The position numbers were made by a program, and so were the translations under genes. 64,000 nucleotides of DNA from Terriglobia bacterium (lineage in GTDB: Bacteria; Acidobacteriota; Terriglobia; JAJPHL01; JAPKYU01). The stretch spans positions 96,001 to 160,000 of the forward strand of contig CBDCVK010000006.1 of assembly GCA_965223005.1 (NCBI GenBank), in the 5' to 3' direction. Of the stretch, positions 48,170 through 57,164 are shown piece after piece (positions within the stretch are counted from its first letter, which is position 1; the number at the start of each line of letters is the position of its first letter). The notes beneath the pieces were generated by a model. That model was not told where the DNA came from and ran no database searches. It worked only from the letters and a program-made list of their open reading frames with translations.

Positions 48170-49600
48170 ATGCAGCTTGTTCAGCAGCTCCAGGAGATCC
48201 TGGGGCCTGAGGCCGTCCTCCACCAGCCCGAAGATCTGATGCTTTATGAGTATGACGGCGGCGTTAGCAAGTCCACGCCGGACGCGGTGGTGTTCCCACG
48301 CGCCACGAAGCAGGTGGTGGAGGTGGTGAAGCTGGCAGCGCGCCAAGGGGTGCCTCTGCTTGCGCGCGGCGCCGGAACCGGACTCAGCGGTGGCGCCATT
48401 CCCATTAGTGGCGGCATTGTCATCGGCTTCTCGCGCATGAACCGCATCGTGGAGCTGGACCTGGAAAACTTCCGCGCCGTCGTTCAAGCGGGAGTGGTGA
48501 ACCTGGACATCACCCAGGCGGTGCTACCTTCGGGGTACTTCTTCGCGCCGGACCCATCCAGCCAGAAGGCCTGCACCATCGGCGGCAACGTGGCCGAGAA
48601 TGCCGGCGGTCCGCACACACTCGCCTACGGGGTCACCACCAACCACGTGGTGGGCCTGGAGGTCGTGCTGCCCGACGGCAGTGTGATCCACACCGGCGGA
48701 AAGGAGCTGGATCTTCCCGGCTACGACCTGACGGGACTGCTGGTTGGTTCGGAGGGCACGCTGGGCATTGTTACCCAGGTAGTGGTGCGGTTGCTGCGCG
48801 CACATGAGGCGGTGAAGACCCTGCTGGGCGTCTTTCACTCAGTGGATGATGCCAGCCGAGCCGTGGCCGAGATCACCGCGCGCACCATTACCCCGGCCGC
48901 ACTGGAAATGTTGGATGACCACACGCTCCGGATCGTCGAGCAGTACTGCCACGCGGGCTATCCGCAGGATGCCGGCGCAGCGCTGCTGATTGAGCTGGAA
49001 GGGCTCGAGGAGCAAGTTGGGTGGCAGGTCGAGCAGGTGGCTGAAGTCTGCGGCCATTGCGGTGCGCGAGAGGTGCGGGTGGCGCGCAGCGAGCGCGAGC
49101 GTGAGTTGCTCTGGATGGGGCGCAAGAACGCCTTCGGCGCCATCGGCCGCGTGGCCACTCACTTCTACGTGCAAGACGGTGTGGTCCCGCGCAGCAAGCT
49201 GCCCGAGGCGATGCGGGTCATCCAGGAAGCCAGCCAGCGCTACGGGCTGACCATCTGCAACATCTTCCACGCTGGCGACGGCAACCTGCACCCGCTCATT
49301 CTGTTTGACGGCCGCCGTCCGGGTGACTACGAAAAAGTGGTGGCGGCCGGAACGGAGATCTTGAACTATTGCATCCAGGTCGGCGGCTCTATCACCGGAG
49401 AGCATGGCGTGGGACTGGAGAAGCGGGATCTGATGCCGGCCCTGTTCAGCGACGACGACCTGGGAGTGATGTCGCGGATCCGAGAGGTCTTCAACCCGGC
49501 CGGCAACTTGAATCCGCAGAAAATGCTCCCCTCAGCTCGGCCCTGCATGGAAGTTCGGGTATCCGCCCAAGCCTCAGCCAGCCCCCCGCTCCAGCACTGA
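48170..49600 (+). CDS. glcD: FAD-linked oxidase, glycolate oxidase subunit GlcD-like
   Basis: RGAGTGLSGG, PDPSSQKACTIGGNVAENAGG, GSEGTLG, HAGDGNLHP, GEHGVG. Confidence 0.88.
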   Translation: MQLVQQLQEILGPEAVLHQPEDLMLYEYDGGVSKSTPDAVVFPRATKQVVEVVKLAARQGVPLLARGAGTGLSGGAIPISGGIVIGFSRMNRIVELDLENFRAVVQAGVVNLDITQAVLPSGYFFAPDPSSQKACTIGGNVAENAGGPHTLAYGVTTNHVVGLEVVLPDGSVIHTGGKELDLPGYDLTGLLVGSEGTLGIVTQVVVRLLRAHEAVKTLLGVFHSVDDASRAVAEITARTITPAALEMLDDHTLRIVEQYCHAGYPQDAGAALLIELEGLEEQVGWQVEQVAEVCGHCGAREVRVARSERERELLWMGRKNAFGAIGRVATHFYVQDGVVPRSKLPEAMRVIQEASQRYGLTICNIFHAGDGNLHPLILFDGRRPGDYEKVVAAGTEILNYCIQVGGSITGEHGVGLEKRDLMPALFSDDDLGVMSRIREVFNPAGNLNPQKMLPSARPCMEVRVSAQASASPPLQH

Positions 49601-49656
49601 ACAACCTGACTTCCTTCCTACCCAGCGTGGGGCCGGACGCTGCGTTCAGTTTCAGC

Positions 49657-49686
49657 GCAATTTCCGGCAACTTCCTGCAATTCCCG
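49657..49686. repeat. 10-bp imperfect tandem repeat x3
   Basis: GCAATTTCCG-GCAACTTCCT-GCAATTCCCG. Confidence 0.7.
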
Positions 49687-49700
49687 GTGATCCTGTCGGA

Positions 49701-50375
49701 TTACGAGGGGGGAAGGGTAGCGAGGTGGCGCAGCAGGCGCTGCTCTTTGGGGGAGAAGCGCTTGCCGAAAGTTTCCTCGCCGAAGCGGCGCTCGCGCTCG
49801 GCAGGGGGCATCCTGCGCAGCAGGCGAAATTCCTTCATCAGTGCCTGACGTCGCTCCTGCGGCAGGTGTCTCCAGGCAGGGAAAACGTCCCGGCGAATCC
49901 GGTCCCGGGCCTCGGGCGGCAAGCGGTGGAAAGTGTCGTACCGCCCCCGGAAGCGCTGGCGCTGCTCCGGGGTCATCGCACTAAAGCGCCGTAACTTTTC
50001 ACGGAAGTGCCGCTGCACCCTCGGGGGGAGGCGACGGAAGCGCGGGATGGCCTGCAGGATGCGCTGTTGCTCCTCCGGGGGTTTCTCAGCGAGGCGGAAC
50101 AGCAAGCCCGGCAGGTGCGGGCCATGCCGGCGGTGGTGGCCGCGGCCTCCCCGACCTCGTGGGTGCCGCTGGGAATCGGGTCTCTGGCGCGGCCGCAGCT
50201 CTGGGGGCGGGTGAGGCCGGTCACTCGGGTGTCCAATGAAATAGTCCCGCGGCTCAGCCCGTGCTGGTCCCTGCTCAGCGGGTTCAGGTTGCTGTTCGGC
50301 ACCCTGCGCGGCTAGCAAACAGGTTCCGGCCAGCAGCATCAGACTCACACCGGCTAGGGTTTTCAATCTGTTCAT
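49701..50375 (-). CDS. DUF3106-like exported Arg-rich helical-repeat protein
   Basis: Signal peptide, repeated F..LPPE.Q.R motifs; third gene of the ECF operon. Confidence 0.75.
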   Translation of the reverse strand: MNRLKTLAGVSLMLLAGTCLLAAQGAEQQPEPAEQGPARAEPRDYFIGHPSDRPHPPPELRPRQRPDSQRHPRGRGGRGHHRRHGPHLPGLLFRLAEKPPEEQQRILQAIPRFRRLPPRVQRHFREKLRRFSAMTPEQRQRFRGRYDTFHRLPPEARDRIRRDVFPAWRHLPQERRQALMKEFRLLRRMPPAERERRFGEETFGKRFSPKEQRLLRHLATLPPS

Positions 50376-50400
50376 AACCCAACGCAACTTACCGCCTCTG

Positions 50401-50985
50401 TCACTGAACAGGTTTCTGTAACTCGCCCAGCACTTCGAATTCATCGAGCAGTTCAACTTCCGCCATGACGTTCAGCAGCTCATCGGTGGAATTTTCCTGG
50501 AGCGCTGCCTGAAGCTGTACGTAGAGGTCACCCTCCTCAACAACCTGCAGTAGTTCGTCCACCTGGACGTCGTTTGCGATCAGGTCCGGCGACCGGCGTA
50601 TCCCGCCGCTCGAGATGAGCAGGGCTGCCAGCAACAGCAGGACGGCGATGCTGACGGGGGCGCTGACCGGGAAACTGGTCAGCGGAGCCAGCAGCCAGCC
50701 GAACAGGCCGCGCGGCGCAGCCTCCTCAGCGACCTTCTGGCGAAGCCGCGCCTCGAACCAGGGCGAGGCTGCCGGAGCCTGCCATCTCTCCAGCGACTGC
50801 GAAACCTGCCGAAAGCCTTCCATCTGCTCCGCACAGGCAGAGCACTGGGCCAGATGGGCTTCCACCAGGGCGCGCTCCTGGGACGAAAGCTTGCCGTCCA
50901 GGTAGGGAAGCCAAAGTGTTTCCAGTTTGCCGCACTTCATTGGAGCCTCGTTATGGGGAGCCTCGTCATGGGGCAACCTCGTCAT
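50401..50985 (-). CDS. Zinc-finger (zf-HC2) transmembrane anti-sigma factor
   Basis: C...YLDG...HLAQCSAC, TM helix; alternative start 50940. Confidence 0.85.
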   Translation of the reverse strand: MTRLPHDEAPHNEAPMKCGKLETLWLPYLDGKLSSQERALVEAHLAQCSACAEQMEGFRQVSQSLERWQAPAASPWFEARLRQKVAEEAAPRGLFGWLLAPLTSFPVSAPVSIAVLLLLAALLISSGGIRRSPDLIANDVQVDELLQVVEEGDLYVQLQAALQENSTDELLNVMAEVELLDEFEVLGELQKPVQ

Positions 50986-51605
50986 GGCTTGCCCACCGAG
51001 CCCCTGTTGGCCAAAGGCGCGCCAGTTGGGGCGCTCGGGGCAAAATGAGCAAGTTTCTGGCGCAATGTTTCGTAAGCCCGAAACAGCAGCGACTTCACCG
51101 CCGATTCGGAGCAGCCCAGCACCTGGGCGATCTGCGCGTACTCCATCTCCTCGTACTTGTGCATCAGGACCGCCGCGCGCTGCTTGGCCGGCAGCGCCTG
51201 CACGGCGCGCCGGACCTCCATCAGCCGCGCTTCCTCCAGCAGTACCTGTTCGACACTGGCCTGCCGGTCGGCCACGGCGGCGGCAGGCGTCCGTTCCTCG
51301 TCCAGGCTGTCCGTCACCCGCTCGCCGCGGTTGTCGCGGATGGCGTTCAGCGCAAGGTGCGTGGCGATCCGGAACAGCCAGGTGGTGAACTTGGCACTTG
51401 GTGCGTAGCCGTTCCGAGCCCGGTACACCCGCAGGAACACCTCCTGGGCCAGCTCCTCGGCGACGGGCTGGTTCTGCACCATCCGGTAAATGAAGTTCAT
51501 GACCGGGGTGCGGTAGCGCGCCAGCAGCAGGGCGAAAGAAGCCTCGTCTCCTTCCTTCACGCTGAGCATTAGCTGCGCGTCTTGCTCCAGCGCCATTGCC
51601 CTCAC
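50982..51605 (-). CDS. ECF RNA polymerase sigma factor
   Basis: AEELAQEVFLRVYR, FTTWLFRIATH, YAQIAQVLGCSESAVKSLLFRA. Confidence 0.92.
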   Translation of the reverse strand: MRAMALEQDAQLMLSVKEGDEASFALLLARYRTPVMNFIYRMVQNQPVAEELAQEVFLRVYRARNGYAPSAKFTTWLFRIATHLALNAIRDNRGERVTDSLDEERTPAAAVADRQASVEQVLLEEARLMEVRRAVQALPAKQRAAVLMHKYEEMEYAQIAQVLGCSESAVKSLLFRAYETLRQKLAHFAPSAPTGAPLANRGSVGKP

Positions 51606-51612
51606 ACTCCGC

Positions 51613-51639
51613 TAAACCCTATGGGAGAAAGGAAGTTGC
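51613..51639 (-). promoter_or_regulatory. Candidate autoregulatory ECF promoter
   Basis: Minus strand GCAAC-17 nt-GTTTA just upstream of the sigma gene. Confidence 0.45.
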
Positions 51640-51699
51640 GCCTAAATCGCACGGTCAGGCCGCGTGCAAGCCGGCAGTCTCCCCGGCTGCTGCGAAAAG

Positions 51700-52284
51700 C
51701 TATTGCGCAAACTGCACTTCCGGCACAGCGCGGGCGCTTTCCTCGGCCTTGAAATAGGCATCGTTGCGCTCGAATCCGCTGAAGCCAGCCACCAAGTTGT
51801 TGGGAAACAACCGAATGTAGGTGTTATAGACCTGAATCGCCTGGTTGTAGCGGCGGCGTTCTACCGCGATGCGATTTTCCGAGCCAGCGAGCTCGTCCTG
51901 CAGGCGCAGAAAGGTCTCGTTGGCCTTCAAGTTGGGATAGTTTTCCACCACCACCAACAGGCGGCCCAAGGCACCAGACAGCCGGGCGTTGGCCCCCATG
52001 CTTTCCTGAGGGGTGCGCGCGCCGATGAGGGCCGCTCGCGCCTGGGCCACTTCCTGGATCGCTTTCTGCTCATGGGCCGCGAAGCCTTTCACGGTCTCCA
52101 CCAGGTTGGGAATCAAGTCGGCGCGGCGCTTAAGGACCACGTCCACCTGGGCCCAAGCCGCCTGGACGGCTTCCTGGTGTCGAACCATATCGTTGCGCCG
52201 ACCGAAATAAAGCGAACCGAAGGCCAGGGCAGCGACCAGGAGCGTCCCCAGCACCACCAACACGGCAATCCAAGCTTTCTTCAT
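51700..52284 (-). CDS. lemA: LemA family protein
   Basis: AWAQVDVVLKRRADLIPNLVETVKG, ENYPNLKA, ENRIAVERRRYN, FPNN. Confidence 0.95.
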   Translation of the reverse strand: MKKAWIAVLVVLGTLLVAALAFGSLYFGRRNDMVRHQEAVQAAWAQVDVVLKRRADLIPNLVETVKGFAAHEQKAIQEVAQARAALIGARTPQESMGANARLSGALGRLLVVVENYPNLKANETFLRLQDELAGSENRIAVERRRYNQAIQVYNTYIRLFPNNLVAGFSGFERNDAYFKAEESARAVPEVQFAQ

Positions 52285-53048
52285 GGAGTATGGGCCCTTT
52301 CTTCTTTCAACAGGGAATCCACCTGTTCGCAGACTCTACCGACGTCCGCGTAGTATCCCTGGAAGGTCGAGGCGGCTTCGCCTGAGTGGAGCTTCCGCTT
52401 GCCTTCCCGCACCTCCAGCACGGCCAGGAAGGGGGCGGGATCAATCCCGAAGCGGCGACCCGCCGCCTCCAGAACCTGGCGCTTCCGCGTGGGAGCTGTT
52501 TCCGGAGGCGCGGCGCCAGCCAGTGCGGTCTGGCCTGCCAGGATCAGCGCGTGCCGGAACAGGGTGACAAAGCTGGGCAGGGCATCCACCATTAGCTTGA
52601 TCACCATCTTTTGGTCGCGGTAGATGCCCAGGTAGCGCTGCCGCAAGGCCAGCAGCTTGGTGCGCAGCTCGTGCTCCACCTGCACGCGATGGAAGGCCGG
52701 ATCGATGGTGATTGCGGCCACCATCTCCTCGCCGTGCAACACGCGGTGCTGCTCTCTGATGTCGAGAAACTCAATGGGGAAAGCATCCGAGGCGGTCGTC
52801 AGTTCCTTCTCAGACCACAGCAACGGGGCCGGATTGCCGAGGCCGCGCCACCATTGGGCGGTCTGCTCAGCCTTCTGCAGGCTCTCCAGGCCCAAGTCGC
52901 GGAGCACGCAAAGGACGTTCAAGTCGGAATACTTCTGGTGGAAATCGCCGCCCGCCGCCGACCCGTACAACACCACGCTGCGTAGGTCGGGCCCGTAGGC
53001 CTGCTCTAAGCGCTTCACTAATTGCGAAAGAAGCTTCTCGGTGTTCAT
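52281..53048 (-). CDS. Pol-beta-like nucleotidyltransferase-domain protein
   Basis: SVVLYGSAAGGDF...SDLNVLCV, DAFPIEFLDI...LHG; true start ATG 53048. Confidence 0.75.
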   Translation of the reverse strand: MNTEKLLSQLVKRLEQAYGPDLRSVVLYGSAAGGDFHQKYSDLNVLCVLRDLGLESLQKAEQTAQWWRGLGNPAPLLWSEKELTTASDAFPIEFLDIREQHRVLHGEEMVAAITIDPAFHRVQVEHELRTKLLALRQRYLGIYRDQKMVIKLMVDALPSFVTLFRHALILAGQTALAGAAPPETAPTRKRQVLEAAGRRFGIDPAPFLAVLEVREGKRKLHSGEAASTFQGYYADVGRVCEQVDSLLKEERAHTP

Positions 53049-53065
53049 GCTGTACTGGTTCTGTT

Positions 53066-53115
53066 CTGCCGCTACGTCAACAACCCGTGGCAGGCTGAAG
53101 CCTGCTGCTACGTCA
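53066..53115 (-). repeat. GTAG-type REP-like palindrome
   Basis: Minus strand GTAGCAGCAGGCTTCAGCCTGC, plus a direct repeat CTGCYGCTACGTCA at 53066 and 53102. Confidence 0.55.
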
Positions 53116-53889
53116 CCAACCAGAGGAGGCGCCACCACCTCCACTGAGTCCGCCTCCAAAACCCCCAAAGCCGCCGCCAAAGCCACCGCGGTCGTAGCCA
53201 CCAAATCCACCAAAGCCACCCAAGAACAGACCACCCCTACGGCGGCGTCGGTAGCCGAACCCCATCCCCGGCATCCACCAGGGCATGATGCCGAACGCCA
53301 ACATGGCAATCAGCGACAGCAAGGACCCCAGAGGGCTCCGCCGCCGTGCGCGTCGTCTCTGCTGGGGCGGCGCCACTCCTGCTCCTTCCAGTTTAACACC
53401 GGCCTCCGCCGCAATCCGTTCCGACAGCAGTAGCACGCCGGCGTACACGGCCTCGCCGTACTGTTGCTGACGCAGCGCCGGCCTCATCTCGCGCAGCACG
53501 CTGCCTGCGTAGCCATCCGGGATGATGGGTTCCAGGCCGTAGCCCACTTCGAGCCGCGACTTGCGGTCCTGGATCACCAATAGCAGCAACGCGCCCCGAT
53601 CGTCCTTGTGGCCGACTCCCCACACTTCGAACAGGCGCGTGGCGAAGTCCTCGATTGGGTCCCCTTCGAGCGACGCCAGGGTGACCACGGCAATCTGCGC
53701 CTTGGTCTTTTGGTCCAGGACGGTGATCAGTTGGGTGAGCCGCTGCTCCCACTGCGGACCAATGACCTCGGCGAAGTCGTTGACGTATCCGCGATACTGC
53801 AGGTCGGCAGGAGAAACCGGGGCCGCGGCCGCAGGAAGCGACACCAGCAGGAGGGCGGACACCACTAGTTTCAGAACCGGCAGTTTCAC
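53113..53889 (-). CDS. TPM domain protein (YgcG-like) with a Gly-rich tail
   Basis: YVNDFAEVI, QIAVVT, WGVG, RLEVGYGLEPIIPD, C-terminal FGGG.SGGGGASSGW. Confidence 0.9.
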   Translation of the reverse strand: MKLPVLKLVVSALLLVSLPAAAAPVSPADLQYRGYVNDFAEVIGPQWEQRLTQLITVLDQKTKAQIAVVTLASLEGDPIEDFATRLFEVWGVGHKDDRGALLLLVIQDRKSRLEVGYGLEPIIPDGYAGSVLREMRPALRQQQYGEAVYAGVLLLSERIAAEAGVKLEGAGVAPPQQRRRARRRSPLGSLLSLIAMLAFGIMPWWMPGMGFGYRRRRRGGLFLGGFGGFGGYDRGGFGGGFGGFGGGLSGGGGASSGW

Positions 53890-54028
53890 AACAAGAGGAG
53901 AACCCCGCGTAGTCAACACTCTATTGTAACCCGTGTGTTTTCGCCCGTGCCCTCTTATTGACAGGTCCCCCCGGTGCTCTGCACTGTCATCCCGAGCGCA
54001 GCGACGGGGCCGCTTTTGTGGGTAGCGT

Positions 54029-54760
54029 TCACGGCTGAAAGACAAACTTCAGCGCTAGAAGCAGTGCTACCCCCCCGAAGACGACAAATGCCAGGCGGAT
54101 GCCAGGCTCGCGGTTGACTTCCGGGATCAGGTCGCTGGCGGCGACGTAAACAGTAACTCCCGCCGAAAGAGACAAGGCGTAGCCGACGCCCGGACGGAAT
54201 AGGAGCATTGCCAGCACCCCGGCCAGCGTCGCCGCCCCAAGCAGGAGGGAGCCACCCTGTGCCGCGCGCTGGCTGCGACCGGCGGCCAGCATCACTGAGG
54301 CCACAGTGAACCCCTCGGGCATCTTGTGCAGGAAAACGGCCAGAAAGATGACCGAACCCAACCAGGGCGAGACCAGAAACCCGCTGGCGATGGCGATGCC
54401 GTCAAACAAGCTATGAATCATCAGACCGCCCAGGACGCTGGTGCTCACACGTGGCTGCACCAGTTCCTCGTGGTGAGTTTCTTCGCCGAAGTGAAAGTGC
54501 GCGTGGATGGAGTGCTCAAAGAAATGCACCAGCAGGTAGCCCAGCAGGATCAGAAAGGCCGCGCGGTCTCCCAGTAACCGGAAACTCACCGGCACCATCT
54601 CCACAATGGCCGTTGCCAGCATGAAGCCGGAGCCGAGGGCCAAGAAATAACGCAATGAGGGGCGGGCCCAGTGAATTTGCGCGACAATGAGCCCGCCGAC
54701 AACATTGGCGGTGGCTGCGGCAAGCCCTAACATCAGGCTGGTGAGCGTGGTCTGAGTCAT
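54029..54760 (-). CDS. ZIP family metal transporter
   Basis: HFHFGEETH loop, HSLFDG, HKMPEG, SDLIPE. Confidence 0.9.
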   Translation of the reverse strand: MTQTTLTSLMLGLAAATANVVGGLIVAQIHWARPSLRYFLALGSGFMLATAIVEMVPVSFRLLGDRAAFLILLGYLLVHFFEHSIHAHFHFGEETHHEELVQPRVSTSVLGGLMIHSLFDGIAIASGFLVSPWLGSVIFLAVFLHKMPEGFTVASVMLAAGRSQRAAQGGSLLLGAATLAGVLAMLLFRPGVGYALSLSAGVTVYVAASDLIPEVNREPGIRLAFVVFGGVALLLALKFVFQP

Positions 54761-54762
54761 CT

Positions 54763-55818
54763 TCAGCCGGAGTGGCGGATGTAAAGGACCTGGCCCTCCT
54801 CGACCGGGTATTCTTTGCCCTCGAGGCGGATCAGGCCGCGGTCACGTGCAGCCGCCAGGCCACCTGCCTCCAAAAGGGCGGCCCAGTCTACCACCTCGGC
54901 GCGGATGAAGCGTGCCGCCAGGTCGGTGTGGACGCAGGCCGCAGCTTCCAGCGCGGTTTGCCCATGGTGCAGCATCCAGGCCCGGCATTCCGCCTCGCTG
55001 ACCGTAAAAAAGGTGAGCAGGTCCATCAGGTCGCAGAAGGCGCGGATCAACCGCTCCCGTCCGGGTTCCTTTAAGCCGTAGCTGGCCAGATACTCGGCGG
55101 CTTCCTCGGCTTCTTCGTCAGAGAACTCGGCCAACTCCGCCTCGACCTGCCCGCAGACGCCGGTGACTCCGGTCTGTGAACGAAGGTCAAGGTGGTAGCG
55201 GTCTTTCAGCTTGTCCAGTTCCGACGTGTCCTGCTCGCTGGCGTTGAGCACGATGAGTATCGGTTTCTCGGAAAGGAACATGAAGCCGCGGATGCGTTTC
55301 TTCTCGTTGCGGTCCAGTTGCAACTCCCGCAGCGGTCTTTGCCGCTCCAGGTGTTGGCGGGCTTTCTCCAGCACTTCGCGCTCATGTTCGAGCTCCGGAT
55401 TCTTCATCTTCTGCAGATCGCGCTCCACTCGTTCCAGCCGCTTTTCGGTCTGCTCCAGGTCGCTCAGGATGAGCTCCAGGTCTACATCGGTGATGTCCTG
55501 ACCGGGGTCTGCTTCCTCACCAAAGGCTCGCACGACGTGAGTCAGGGTGTCCACCTGGCGAAGGTTGGCGAGGTAGGATGGCTCCCGCAGGGTTTCCTTG
55601 CGGATGGCCGGCACGTCCATGAATTCCAGCGCGGCATGCGTGGTCTTCTTGGGCTGGATCAGTTGGGCCAGTTGCTCCAGTCGGCGATCGGGCACCTGGA
55701 CCACGCCCAGGTGGGCCTCATGGCCCCCGAATCCTGTGACCACCGGGCTATGCGTCAGGATCTTGAACACGGAGGTCTTGCCGGACTGAACGAGACCGAT
55801 GATTCCGGTACGGATCAT
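54763..55818 (-). CDS. ychF: YchF/OLA1-family ATPase (divergent)
   Basis: GIIGLVQSGKTS, VPDRRL, ELILSDL, LSEKP, FFTV, HTD..RFIRAEV, RLEGKEY. Confidence 0.85.
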   Translation of the reverse strand: MIRTGIIGLVQSGKTSVFKILTHSPVVTGFGGHEAHLGVVQVPDRRLEQLAQLIQPKKTTHAALEFMDVPAIRKETLREPSYLANLRQVDTLTHVVRAFGEEADPGQDITDVDLELILSDLEQTEKRLERVERDLQKMKNPELEHEREVLEKARQHLERQRPLRELQLDRNEKKRIRGFMFLSEKPILIVLNASEQDTSELDKLKDRYHLDLRSQTGVTGVCGQVEAELAEFSDEEAEEAAEYLASYGLKEPGRERLIRAFCDLMDLLTFFTVSEAECRAWMLHHGQTALEAAACVHTDLAARFIRAEVVDWAALLEAGGLAAARDRGLIRLEGKEYPVEEGQVLYIRHSG

Positions 55819-55961
55819 ATTAGTGAGAACTCTGGAATGGGGCGTCGGAAGTGCACAACGAGCCGCCTGGGTTCCGAGTCGTTTGCTGCCTTCCCCTCAG
55901 CGCTGCCGTGGATGGCAACCCGTAAGAGCAACGGGCAGGCGCACGGCACTCACATTGGGTC

Positions 55962-56924
55962 TCACATGGGGACCGGCACGGAGTCGATGAGTTCGCGAAG
56001 AGCTTCGGCGGCCTGATCACTTTTCTTTAACGTGGAGATATAGCGCGAGTTGAGCACCACGCGGTGGGCGAACACAGGGAGCGCCAGGCGCTTGAAATCG
56101 TCGGGCGTGGCGAAACGCCGGCCTCGCAGATAGGCCAGGGCCTGCGCCGCCTGGTAAAGCGCCATCGAACCGCGCGGACTGACGCCCAGCGACAGGTATT
56201 CGCTTTCCCGGGTGCGTCCGGCGATGGCCACTGTATAGCTCACCAGGTCTTCATCCACTGACACGGACTTCACCTCCTGCTGCAGCGCCATCACCTGGGC
56301 GGCATCCAGGACCGGCTCGACTCCGTTGAGCTGGTTGCCGTCCGAATGGTAGCGCACGATCTCCCGCTCGCTCTCCTCGGCCGGATAGCCCATGCGAATC
56401 CGCATCAGGAAACGATCCAGTTGCGAGTCGGGCAGGGGATAGGTGCCGTGATGCTCGACGGGATTCTGCGTGGCAATCACCATGAAAGGCTGCGGCAGCG
56501 GCTTGGTCACGCTGTCCATTGTGACCTGGCCCTCATTCATGGCCTCCAGCAGCGCGCTCTGGGTCTTGGGCGTGGTGCGGTTAATCTCGTCGGCCAGCAG
56601 GATGTTGGTGAACACCGGCCCGGGCCGAAACTCGAACTGCTGCCGGTGCTGGTCGTAGATGGAGATCCCCAGCACGTCGCTGGGCAGCAGATCGCTGGTG
56701 AACTGGATGCGATGAAAGGTGCAATTCAGCAGGCGGGCCAGCGCGTGGCCCAGGGTGGTCTTGCCCACCCCGGGCACGTCTTCTATGAGCAAGTGGCCGC
56801 GGGCCAACAGGGCCACCAGCGCCAACTCGATCACGTCGTCCTTGCCGCGGATGATGGTGCGCAGCGACTTCTGCAAGCGCTCGAAGGTCTGCGCGCCGTG
56901 GGTTGTAGGCTGCGAATTGTCCAC
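55962..56924 (-). CDS. MoxR family AAA+ ATPase
   Basis: EDVPGVGKT, RIQFTSDLLPSD, DEINR, ATQNP, LDRF, SPRG. Confidence 0.93.
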   Translation of the reverse strand: MDNSQPTTHGAQTFERLQKSLRTIIRGKDDVIELALVALLARGHLLIEDVPGVGKTTLGHALARLLNCTFHRIQFTSDLLPSDVLGISIYDQHRQQFEFRPGPVFTNILLADEINRTTPKTQSALLEAMNEGQVTMDSVTKPLPQPFMVIATQNPVEHHGTYPLPDSQLDRFLMRIRMGYPAEESEREIVRYHSDGNQLNGVEPVLDAAQVMALQQEVKSVSVDEDLVSYTVAIAGRTRESEYLSLGVSPRGSMALYQAAQALAYLRGRRFATPDDFKRLALPVFAHRVVLNSRYISTLKKSDQAAEALRELIDSVPVPM

Positions 56925-56927
56925 GCG

Positions 56928-56936
56928 TGGTATAAT
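56928..56936 (+). promoter_or_regulatory. Extended -10 promoter for tRNA-Val
   Basis: TGGTATAAT followed by a GC-rich discriminator, ~30 nt before the tRNA. Confidence 0.6.
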
Positions 56937-56965
56937 GGCGCCGTACTCGCGTCGATCACTGGGGA

Positions 56966-57042
56966 GGGCGACTAGCTCAGTTGGTTAGAGCGCCTGCTTC
57001 ACACGCAGGAGGTCAGAGGTTCGAGTCCTCTGTCGCCCACCA
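56966..57042 (+). tRNA. tRNA-Val(CAC)
   Basis: GGGCGAC/GTCGCCC acceptor stem, CCTGC-TTCACAC-GCAGG anticodon arm, GGTTCGAGTCC T-arm, encoded CCA. Confidence 0.97.
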
Positions 57043-57110
57043 TTCGAGTCCTTCCAAATCAATGAGGTAGATCGGTTTCGATTGCATTTGCCCATCCCTA
57101 AACCTCAAAA

Positions 57111-57164
57111 CCGTATCAAAACCGTATCAAAACCCCACAACTGTTGATGTGCCGTATCAAAACC
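57111..57164. repeat. CCGTATCAAAA direct repeats (putative integrase arm-type sites)
   Basis: Copies at 57111, 57122 and 57152, between the tRNA and the integrase stop. Confidence 0.75.

Noticed and set aside
53049-53309. N-terminal extension of the 342-aa ORF
   Set aside because: Alternative frame of the Gly-rich TPM tail plus intergenic repeat; the real start is 53048
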